Shown piece by piece: positions 13,069 through 24,100 of a stretch of DNA of 64,000 nucleotides. Numbering within the stretch: position 1 is the first letter of the stretch; each line of letters opens with the position of its first letter. The notes beneath the pieces are model-generated. The model ran no database searches and was not told the DNA's origin. It was given only the letters and a program-made list of their open reading frames with translations. The translations under genes and the position numbers were made by a program. This DNA is from Blasia pusilla (lineage: Eukaryota): positions 15,314,001 through 15,378,000 of the forward strand of contig CM114271.1 of assembly GCA_050084515.1 (NCBI GenBank). Direction: 5' to 3'.

Positions 13069-13536
13069 CAAGATTGCACATGGACAAAGTTCATGTCCGC
13101 AGACTTATGTGTGTCCTAAGGATAGACATGTCCATGCAAGTCCAGGTTTGGGATTCATGTGACCTGTACCAAGATCATAATATAGACTCAGGCCTGACCA
13201 ACCCGCGCCCACTTTAGCGACCCGTCGCCCATTCTTGCCTCCCATTCTGTAGCCCGCACTAATCACGCGGAGGCCCATAGAAGGCGGGCTCTAGTGTGGG
13301 CCATCACCTATCCATGGGCCATGCATGAGCCTACCGTGGTCCATTGCAAATGGGCATGGCGGGCTTGATGCGGTCCTGGCAAGGGATTTTAGTCTGCACA
13401 CCCATTCGATCCCTAGAAGCACCCATTTTGGTATTCTGAGCCCATGCGGGTGACCGAAGTACCAAAGAAACCCGAGAGGTGGACTCGTTGGACATGTCTA
13501 TCCCAAGACAAACAAGTCCATTTCCATGCAAGCTTG
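13069..13536. mobile_element. hAT-type MITE (same family)
   Basis: Ends CAAGATTGCACATGGACAAAG.../...CCATGCAAGCTTG with the family's subterminal GGACATGTCC motifs. The TSD is not conserved. Confidence 0.6.
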
Positions 13537-14136
13537 GTAGTTTTATTCTTGGCCATTCTTATAGCTATGAGACTCTATGATAAAGTATTATGGCATGTTG
13601 GGACTCAGACGCTATTCCCAAGCTTTAAGGTTGCACAAAAATTGACTTGTCTGAACATGTTTATGAGCACACCATCTTGCACGTGTTCTTGCATATTAGT
13701 ACATGTCTCTATCCCAACCCCGCTCATGTCTGGCCCGTGCATTGTCCGCTTCTGGCCCAGGTCCTTCTTGCGTTCACTAGCTTGCATCCTGCGCGCACGC
13801 CCTAGATGGTGGACATGGGAAAGATGTCGGCCCACACCCTATTTGTGTAGGCCCCGTATTTGGCCACATTATATTATTGGAGGAACTAAGTATCTCCTTA
13901 ACCAAGAAAGAGGAAGAGGTCATAGCGAATGAAGATGCTGCAACTAAAATATAGCAAGTATATCTAATGAAACGAAATTATTGAAATTTTTTCTTCTTAA
14001 TGTCCACTTCTTATTGTGCACCTTGAATTTGAACAATCCCATTGTATGAGGAGAAGCCTAGATTGATTGTCTCGACTTACACATCGAAGGAGTTATAATT
14101 ATATAACGTAGATTGTTTATGGAGTATTATAATTAG

Positions 14137-14201
14137 GATAATCTTACCCTATCTTGCATCTAGGTGCCCGACACCCAGATGCAAGATAGGGTAAGATTAT
14201 C
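14137..14201. repeat. Inverted repeat, 25-bp perfect arms
   Basis: GATAATCTTACCCTATCTTGCATCT (14137-14161) and its exact reverse complement (14177-14201). Confidence 0.95.
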
Positions 14202-14434
14202 ATCAAATTTTAGGGGATCACGACTTTAACGCATTCTTGTATGTCGAGTTTTCTCTATTATCAAGTTCTATCAAAGCTCTACTGTGAGTGCATGAATGGA
14301 CTATGCCCTTTTGTATCTTCAAGATTTTTTGATCTATTTTAGTGATTTTATTCACTTTTTTTTCCCATACGATATTAGAGTGATAGGTTTCCCTTCGCTC
14401 TTGCCCTCCTTTGTTGTGTGAAGGGAATTTAGTG

Positions 14435-15270
14435 AGTCCAACTATATGCTTTGGAAGTTAAAAATGAAAACTTTCCTCAGATCATTTGAGACAACTGTAA
14501 GGGTTAATTCGAATCCTCAAGCTATTATGGGTTTTGCATTCTCCTCGTCATCTGGTGATATTATTATTGTTATATTGCTTGCGTGGAAATATAGAAATGT
14601 TGATGCTCTATATGCTATCATCATAAATTTAACTGACTCTTTAATGAATCTTATTCAACATGTGATCACTTTTTTTGAGGCATAGAATATTTTAAAGAAT
14701 AATTATGAAACCAAGAGCGAGACTTGGATTAAGAATCTGGAGAATCATCTTAACTATGAGAAATTCTCATTAGGAGAAAGCGCAGAGCAATGCTTGACTT
14801 GGAACCTTGACTAAGATCACATGATGTCAATAGGAATTTTGAATTCAAGCAAAAATTTGGCGCGTCATTGCATAAGAATTTTGCCTCTGATATGAGACAA
14901 TTTGGTCATAATATTAAATACTCAAGTAAGATCCACGGTACTGATCTTTGAACAATTTTGAGCGAGATTTTGAGCAATGTTGGTAGAAGAGGAAATGTGA
15001 TTAAAAGCTAGAGAGGGAAATAATGCCACATTTACAACCAAAATATAGATAGGAAGGAATAAGGATTTCAATTCAAATGTCAAGAATGCTTTTCCAAACA
15101 AAGCCTTCAAATGATGTTAGTGTAGTTACATTGCTGACCTCATCAAGGATTGTAGAAAGGCCCAATTTTCTCTAGGCTTACAAAAAGGAGATAAAACGAA
15201 ATTAAGTGATGTATTGTACGTACCAGATTTGAAGCGAAATTTGCTTTTAGTTGCAATATTTTGTGACAAA
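14435..15270 (+). mobile_element. Degenerate Ty1/Copia gag-pol fragment
   Basis: NYMLWKLKMKTFL (Copia gag N-terminus), ALYAIIINLTDSL, a decayed zinc knuckle (..IKDCRK) and LSDVLYVPDLKRNLL (Copia protease-region motif); many stops. Confidence 0.7.
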
Positions 15271-15799
15271 GAACCACATAATGCCACAATTTGCATTTTA
15301 CCACATTGGTCAATATGTATTAGCTCTAAAAGAGCCTTTTTTTTTTCTTGACTTTTGCATGCATATGTGGGAATACTTGTCCATCATACAAGCTTCACAA
15401 GTATTCGCCACTCCATAAATTGTTGGTAAGTCAATAAATATGCTAGATTCATGGATTTGAGTCAGTAGGGTAAAGCTCAATTGACCAAATCTTTGATGCT
15501 ACAGCTTATTGGTACCAAGATCTAGAGTTGGATTTGCCATCTTCTTGAATCTTGATATAGTAATTTAACTTGTTATCAATCAAGGTAGCCCTCCAGTGAT
15601 CTTTGACTCTCAATCTTTCATAGAGCGGAGAAAATGCAAAATTATATAGATTCCTCAATATAATGTGTAAGATTAGTAGACTACCCCAAGGGAGTAAATA
15701 TCAAAAAACTCTCTGAATGGTTGGTCTGTCAAAATGGTTGAAGCATTCATACGCAAAAAATATGAGCTATGTGTGGACCAAAATTTTGAGAGTATTGAA

Positions 15800-16100
15800 T
15801 CAAACAAACAAATCATGCTTGCTCAAATGCTTGTGCAAACCCACAATCGATGATCCTAAAAATGACGAAAGTCGATTGTGAGACCAAATAGGAACTTCTC
15901 GGAAATTGGAAATCCCATTCTGGGAAGTGTCCCAAAATATTTTTGAGTATGGAGATCCCCATGTATCCAACCATGGTGATGAAAATAAGTGAGAGTCTCA
16001 AGAAGGACAAAAGAAATTTCAACCCTTCTCATCGTGAAAACCTGATATTGTTTGAAGTGAGGGCTATCAAGCCAAATTCCACTTGTCGTTATCATTCCAT
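15800..16100 (-). pseudogene. Protein kinase catalytic-domain fragment, frameshifted
   Basis: LTYFHHHGWIHGDLH (catalytic loop, 15949-15963), then a frameshift into KNILGHF...FRIIDCGFA (DFG-equivalent). Confidence 0.55.
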
Positions 16101-16200
16101 CCTTTCCAACCTCTTCTAGAGATTTCTACTATTTTAAAGAGGAAAAAACATGGCAGGAGTAATCAAAATAGTTAGAGTTGCAAGTGAATGAATGATACTT

Positions 16201-16821
16201 TGTCACATCTGAGTAGCCGATAGGCCGAGATCTATCGTGGATAGGGCGTAGGAGCCAGCGGACTATCTTGAGTGTAACTTTGTCCCACGGTGTCGGATGA
16301 GGTTGAGGATAGGTCCATTGCGTCAGGAACGTCGTTTCTGACGACTTTCATGTTGAGGTCTTTTACAGCCGGGTGACTTGTTGACCAGGTCACCCGCCCT
16401 TGGTAACTTGTGCGCGCAGGTTACCAAGGGGAGGGCTATTTTTAGGGGAAGAGCCTTTTGGCTCTTCCCAACCCTATATAAGAGAGGAAGGTGGCTTTCC
16501 TAAGCCATCTTTCTCATGTTGGGCCGTGGGAGCACCTCCCTTGTATGTGTGTGAGATAGGACTAGGGTGCTAGTGTCCGGATTCCTTGATAGCACAGGGT
16601 GGACAAGGCTCGATATATCGATGTAGATTGAGGAGTGGAGTTTTAGGCCGGGTGTGCCGTTTTTACTACTCTTTATTTTTACAGTTGTGTGATCTCCATG
16701 TATATGTATGAGTTGATTTTTGTACATGTGTGGATCGACCCGTGTGTGGGGAAGATCGGTGTTGTGTGGTATAGATGTGACCAGCGATGTATGTTGTGTA
16801 GCGATATGTATGCGCACGACA
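16201..16821 (+). mobile_element. Solo LTR (621 bp)
   Basis: TGTCAC...CACGACA termini, flanked by ACTT/ACTT (4-bp TSD); internal TATATAA box; near-identical to 17520-18136. Confidence 0.9.
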
Positions 16822-17519
16822 ACTTTTTTGCACCCTATGCCATGTAATCATCGCCCTCTTCAACTTACTTAACCATGATTGAGGAACCAAGTCTCCATTC
16901 CTATGTCTACTGTCCTTGAACATCTTTGCAAGGTATTAAAATGAATCTCCCGTCCACTCCACAAGTTTCATCCTCAAGAACATGCATTGAAACAAAACCT
17001 CTCAAACTCCCTCCATAATAATATGATGCCTCACATTCACTCGATTCTTAATCACATGTTCAAAGTTATACTTTAACGAAAGACCATATTTAACAAAAGG
17101 ATCCATTTTTTGGGATTAAAACCATCGTTCCCATTCTAGAACTCGATCAACAAATTTTTTTTGTATGATCAAGTTGAGAAATGGAGTTACTCATCTATCC
17201 TCAGAATTGGATTCAATCCATCTCTTACAATTTTCTCCTTCAATCCATTGCAAAAAGCTATCTCCCCAAACTAATGCATCATGGGGAAAGCATTTTCTAA
17301 TGATTTCTCTCCCCATTTTCGAAATATTAGTGAACAACCTTTACTATCTCTAAACACTTTAAAACTTCCTTACAAATTTCCCAAACCCATCTTGGGTTCC
17401 TTGTGTGTACTATCTATCTTAGACTGAAGTTTTGTGGAACTCAAACATCACCCATAAACACATTGCCCATTACCCTTTCTCTTCCAATGCATAATATAGT
17501 CATGGGCACTTGTTGGCTA

Positions 17520-18136
17520 TGTCACATGTGAGTAGCCGATAGGCCGAGATCTATCGTGGATAGGGCGTAGGAGCCAACGGACTATCTTGAGTGTAACTTT
17601 GTCCCACGGTGTCGGATGAGGTTGAGGATAGGTCCATTGCGTCAGGAACGTCGTTTCTGACGACTTTCATGTTGAGGTCTTTTACAGCCGGGTGACTTGT
17701 TGACCAGGTCACCCGCCCTTGGTAACTTGTGTGCCAAGAGTTACCAAGGAGGGCTATTTTAGGAAGAGCCTTTTGGCTCTTCCCAACCCTATATAAGAGA
17801 GGAAGGTGGCTTTCCTAAGCCATCTTTCTCATGTTGGGCCGTGGGAGCACCTCCCTTGTATGTGTGTGAGATAGGACTAGGGTGCTAGTGTCCGGATTCC
17901 TTGATAGCACAGGGTGGACGAGGCTCGATATATCGATGTAGATTGAGGAGTGGAGTTTTAGGCCGGGTGTGCCGTTTTTACTACTCTTTATTTTTACAGT
18001 TGTGTGATCTCCATGTATATGTATGAGTTGATTTTTGTACATGTGTGGATCGACCCGTGTGTGGGGAAGATCGGTGTTGTGTGGTGTAGATGTGACGAGC
18101 GATGTATGTTGTGTAGCGATATGTATGCGCACGACA
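17520..18136 (+). mobile_element. Solo LTR (617 bp), second independent copy
   Basis: TGTCAC...CACGACA termini, flanked by GCTA/GCTA (4-bp TSD). Confidence 0.9.
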
Positions 18137-18152
18137 GCTATTTAGACTAAAG

Positions 18153-18796
18153 AAAGGTTGTAAGAAAATGGACATGCCCAACCAATCCCTCTCCTAAGTT
18201 TTTTTTGGTGCACTAGTGGCATTCATGGGCTCCGGACACGGGAATGGGTGCGAGGATGTGGGCTTGGATTATGGGAGGTGGTTAAGGATCGAATGAGTAT
18301 GTAGGCTGTAAGCCCTTGCTTGGCCTATATGAAGCCCGTGCGCGGCATGCAACGACCTGGGGGATCGTGGCATGCCACGGGCCCCCATGCTAAAACATTC
18401 CCACTTTAATTGAACCCATGTTATGGGGGCCCGTGACAAGGCCCAAATAAGGCCCTCAAGGTAGGCTGGCTATGCGGGCCTTGAGCCCGCCAAGCAGGGG
18501 CCCAGCCTAGCCCTACGGGCCTTGTGGGGACGAGTGTGGGCTTAGGGTTTAGGGTTTAGGGCTTACAGTGAGGCGGTGCTGACCAGGTGCGCTCAGTGTG
18601 CCCTACAAAGCGAGTGGCAAGCATGGGCGGCCAATTCTTGGATTGGGTGCGGGATGGCCATTGGCCGAGCCCGAGTGTACGTTGCGGGTGGGACAGGACC
18701 AAGTGTGGGCCGCAGGTAACCAAGCCCGCATGGATATGTCCGTTCTAGGGATAGACACAAGTCCACTGAGATAAAATTTGTCCATGTGTAACCTTG
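18153..18796. mobile_element. hAT-type MITE (same family)
   Basis: Ends AAAGGTTGTAAG.../...TGTAACCTTG; flanks GACTAAAG / GACTATAT (6/8 match). Confidence 0.6.
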
Positions 18797-20224
18797 GACT
18801 ATATTGCATTCGTTATAGCACTAGTCCAAAGATACAAGTTTTTTTCAGTGGAAACTTAAGTCCTAATTTTTTCTTGAGGAAATATGACCAAGATAAAATC
18901 ATTATCATCCATAAGTGTTCTAGTTCACCATGCATGAAAAATTTGGTGTTATTTGTAATGAGCACTAGTAAGAAGGAGATTTCACTCTCTACTCTATAAT
19001 TGACCCTTATTTTTAATGAAGTGGAAGGTGCATTTTCTTTGAAAACCTTAAGAGCTATTCTCTATTTTCTGCATTTGAACCTATAAAATGGCCCTTAAAA
19101 TTTGGACATTTCATGATTTTTTTCCAATTTCACAGATATTTTATTCAAAAGCATAAAAAATTGAAATTGAAATTTTAATTTTAATTTTGGATGCCAAGTC
19201 TCATTTCTTTAAAAGATAATTCAACATATATCTAGTCAATGCAGTAGGCTTTCATGGATTTTAGAAAAATAGATGATAAATTTGAGTTAAAAAAGAAATA
19301 TCTATCCATACCAATATAATGGAACTTACTATTGATTTGGGAAATATGTATTTCTTTTCATAAATTTTGATGTAGAAGAATTCTTGAAAATTTTGATGAT
19401 TTTTTTTACATATTATCTAAGAATTTATTTTCTACATTTAATGGTTTAGATTTTCCCATAAATTTTCAACTGTTCTTTTAAAATAATTTAAAAGAATGGA
19501 TGTATGGATGTGGAATTTCATTTCCATAAAAATAATTTACCCATTCCTAATATTCCTATTCAGACCCTTGCCTATTTAGAAGAAAATAAATCTTATGAAG
19601 GAATTTAGAAGAAACAAATGTTCGCCAATATTATTTAAATTAACAAAACTCTCAATAAGTCGCAATAACGTGTTTGATAAAAAATACATTTATATTTCAA
19701 AGGCTTTGAGATTATCGATAGTTTTTTAATTATTATTTTTGGATTTTGAATTTTTCACAAACCACGAAAGAGAAATTTATTCATATATTTACGTAAATTT
19801 CTCCATTATTAAAAAAGCTAGTTGATATTTTTATTTTGGATATGAAGTGAATTTCTTTAAAGAAATTCCATAGATTTTCTGTCATCCATATAGGACATCC
19901 CTTATTTTATGAAAAATCAATAATATAAATATGAATTTTACAAAAAGAAACTATCCATCAAATATAGATATGCTATTTATTCATTTAATTAAATATTTAA
20001 ATATGATATGTGCAAGTAGAAAGGCTCTGTAATGATAGCAGACCTCGCTCGAATTTGAATCTTGAACCTTTCATGTTTTGATGGAGGAACAAATGGATGG
20101 ATATAGAATAGAAGAGTGGATGTAGGGCGGACGGATAGGCGGAGGATGGATGTAGGGCATCAAATAGAGGAAGGATGGATGTAGTTTAGTAGATTGGAGT
20201 AAGAGACAAAGGATTCGAGGATAG

Positions 20225-20685
20225 CAAGGTTGCATAGAATGGGCTTGTCCCTACATGAGACAAAAATTTTCAGACGAGTCTGGATATATCTGTGGACATG
20301 CCATCCCATACCCAATCCTACATCCATTATCGCACCGCAGTGTGCGTAGCCGAAAATCCCCGCAGCTTGTACCCTACCCACGCAAAACTCATAAGGGCTA
20401 GAAATTTCTTTTAAAAAGAAATAATATAAATATATCTAATTAAAAAATCCCCTTGCCTTGCTCCTGCCGCATGGGTCAAATGTGAGCAGGGTATGGGTTG
20501 AGGTGTAGGAGCGATGTAAGCCCAGAGGGGTGCAATGCGGGATACTGTGTGGGGATGTGGGGAGGATGAGCCTGGGTGGAAGATGTAGGAATTAGTAGGA
20601 TGCGGGCAGTCATTGCTAGTCAAGTTAACACGGACTTATCTGTCCCTAAGTCCACAAATATGGACTTTTTCCCTATGCAACCCTA
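20225..20685. mobile_element. hAT-type MITE
   Basis: TIRs CAAGGTTGCATAG / CTATGCAACCCTA; flanks GAGGATAG / GAGGACAG (8-bp TSD, 7/8 match). Confidence 0.8.
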
Positions 20686-20837
20686 GAGGACAGATATAGA
20701 ACAAAAAAGCATGAGGAGGATGGATGAAGGGTGGTGGACGAAGAACGAATGGACCAGGGATATAGCGTGGTGGACGCAATACGGATGAATGGCAAGACAA
20801 ACAAAGAGTAGATGACTATGTTTTCGTAACTTGATAT

Positions 20838-21149
20838 TGTAGAAAACTGCTAAAGAAGCATAACTCGTGGGAAACGGCTCTCACACTCTCACACCATATG
20901 GAGAACAAAATTTTGCATTGAGAGAATGAGTGGAGGCTGGTCCCCTTCTCAATTATATAAGGTATGTACAAGGATTCATAACGCTAATCTTAACCATAGT
21001 CTTAGGTTAGACTAACTGTGATTAATTAACCCTAGTTAAGATAATCTCGCTTAACTGACTAACTAAGATTAAGCTTCGTTACTTTGTGTGAGTACCAAGT
21101 GTAGTAGTTTGGCTGTTTGATGAGCTTGATTGTAACTCAGTCTTCAATA
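20838..21149 (-). mobile_element. Isolated Copia LTR (about 310 bp), same family as 36181-36490
   Basis: The reverse complement aligns end to end with the LTR following the Copia polypurine tract (TATTGAAGA...GCAGTTTTC(T/C)ACA). No clear TSD. Confidence 0.85.
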
Positions 21150-24100
21150 GACTCGTCAATTATGAATGATTTGGTAATCATAATTACCAAATCAAATCAA
21201 ATGATTTAGGGCATTTTTCTTTTAAAGTATGTCGAGGGAAGGTCCTTATGGCCTTCAATTTATTTTGATGATTTTGGGCATGTATGATGAGTTTGTCTTG
21301 TGTGTTTGTTTGGATCTTTGATGCACACGAACTTGTTTGTCGTAAGCTTTCTAACGTAATCTATCTCAATCTCAATTCTAATTGTAATGCTCTCAAACAT
21401 AGCAAACATCAAACACTCATTTATATGCCAAATGCAACCTTAGAGAAGTTGAGTGCTCCTTAAGTTCCATTTCCATGATTGGTCATGCTCTCCCCTATAC
21501 TCTCATACTAGTTAGCATGCTCGTGCTTGCCCACAAAAATATTTGTTTCATAATTAAAAAATAGTTTTCATTTCAAAATTTAAATGTAATTTCCAATTTC
21601 TTAAAAATTAAAATAATACTAATTTTTTACTTATAAAATAATCTTAATCCTCAATTAAAACTTAAATAATACCCAAATCTGCTAAATGATTTCACTCCTC
21701 AAAAAAGTTTAAAGAATATCTATTCTTCTTACCTAAATAACATCCACTAACTAAAATTTTAGTCAATTTTGATTAATGAAATCACTTCTCTTTTCCATTC
21801 AAATTCATTTTCCTAACCCAAAATATTAAACATGAATTAACATGATTATTTTAAAAAATATTCATATTTTTCATTTCAAAATTTAGATATAATTTATATT
21901 TTCGGAAATAATATTTCACTCCCCTAAATAATTCCATTCTTCCCTAAATTTTTCTAACGACCTACTAAGGACCTTCCTCATTAAAATTCATTCTCAAATT
22001 TCTAAATTTTCCACTATTTGTTCTAATTATATCCTGCTGTACAGCTACAATCATATAAATTAATAATTAATCAATGAAATCATTTTATTTTACCATTCTA
22101 ATTCATTTCCTCTAATATGAATAAGAGACAAAATTAAAACAAGTGAATATTTTATCCACTATTGGGTCGCCAATTGCCAGGAAAGAGTTGTGCGTTTAAG
22201 ATCGTGAAGGTCTCAAACACATCATCTTGATGTGTTTGCATTAATCATCACAACATCCTGTTAATTTTGTGCATTTGAATGAACGAACCGATACGAGGAT
22301 GCTCGATACACACGAAACTCTCGTTATATTTTCGGGGCTACATCTCCACCACTCACATCAGCATTGATTTCCAAAATGAATGAATGGTTTTTATAAACTC
22401 AGCATTCATTTCTGAAATGAATACTTGTGGGTTTTTTTACTCTGTTTCACAAACCAATCATTAGCAGTTCAGACTCATCACATGGTTTTTCTTCCACATC
22501 TACAGGAGCACTCGAAAGTTTCTCCGCCACCCGTCATAAAGTCGACAAATTTGTGACGCTCCCCCACCGTATCCAGAAGCTGTGGATGCAACGACGAACT
22601 GTGCACTCATGAAGTCATTAGAGCCCGCCCCGGCCGCTTGAGTGAACAGCATCAAGTACTGGTAACTGGAAGGCAGATTCATAGCCGTTCCCCCCACACT
22701 TGAATGAAATGGATCCGATCATCCGAGTTACAATGCACATCGATCGAAGAACGGAAACAGTGTCTCAGTAATTAAGGCTGTTAGAGCTGAGGAAGACACT
22801 GACCGTCAGCTTTGCTCGAAGCTGGAAAGAAAAGCTATAGTTCCTGAAGCCTTCGCATGGACAGCGCGAGGGATTAATAAACCCATTGTTGATAATTGAT
22901 TTTGGGCTTCGGTTATCGAAAGTATTGAACTTCGAGTCAGGACGGTCGATTAAACATCGGGAAAAAAAAAATCCGCAAGAATTTGACATCCTAGTCTAGG
23001 AGTCTCACCTTTAAGAATCGTGCACGCTTCTCTCGCTGAGAATTACCAACAAATCTATCTTGTTAGAGTACGCAGCTGAGCAGCTGAAGGCCATGTACAG
23101 CAATATGTGTAGTAGCAGCTCGATTTCAAGGGGAACTCGCCAATCCGAATTTCTGTCAGTACTCAAGCCTAAAAGTTGCGCGATCTAAGAGTCCTGACAC
23201 AAATATTCAACGCTATCTCAATTTACGAGTCCGAAACGGAACGTGTCTCTAAATTCAGTTTGGAAATGGACGAGTTCGTGGATTCAATTGTTGGGCCTCA
23301 GATTTGTACTAAAATATTTGGTAACTGGGAGGCGAAAAACTCCTCCAGTGTCTACGGATCGGAGAGGAGTTTAGGGCGTAGATTTCTAAAAACTGACTCT
23401 AATTTGACTGGAAAGAATTTTAGGGTGCAGAATTCCTAAAAGCCTGTGCGTGTGAGTACATAATCCGCTGGTAATCGATGCTAGCAGAACGGGCAGGAGA
23501 TCCAGCCCGACTTCAATATGACGCATGGGTTCCTGCAAACTCACCAAGGATTATTAATTGGATGAGAATTGTCACTCGAGTAAATATTTAAATCGTGCAA
23601 CTTTGTTCGATTGAGCGTACTTGCAGTGTTGACCAAGCTATCAAAAGCTAGGCACGTGCACCTCACGAATAGGCAATTATCTGATCAGCAGTTCACCTGA
23701 TCTTTCTCCAAAAGGTGGTGCATAATGTGTGGGAGCGTATTTAAGCAGAGTGAACAACTGTTGACGTTTGAATGTTCAGCACATATATAATATGTCACCA
23801 AATGACAGTTACTGACAAGCTTGTGGAGATCCGAAAAGCCCCAGGGAAACTGCAAGCTCATGGAAGATAACTTATTAATAAGATTAGTATAACGAATTTG
23901 TGACTAAGGTTCCAGGAGGTACTTATTATTCCGTCATTGTGACAGGCCTCGTTATTACACGTGTCTTCCGCTTCTGCATTCTTCTGCATTGACGCCATTT
24001 CCCATTTATGCAAAACGGTGAATAAAATTAATAAAGATCCGTGTGGTCACAGTGTGGTGTGTGATTTAGATGTCTGTAGAGAGATCATCCATGCATGTCG

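Noticed and set aside
16500-18132. Duplicated 105-aa minus-strand ORF
   Set aside because: It is the antisense reading of the two LTR copies.
16201-18136. Single TRIM/LARD element bounded by two LTRs
   Set aside because: Each LTR has its own TSD, and no PBS or PPT is present in the spacer.
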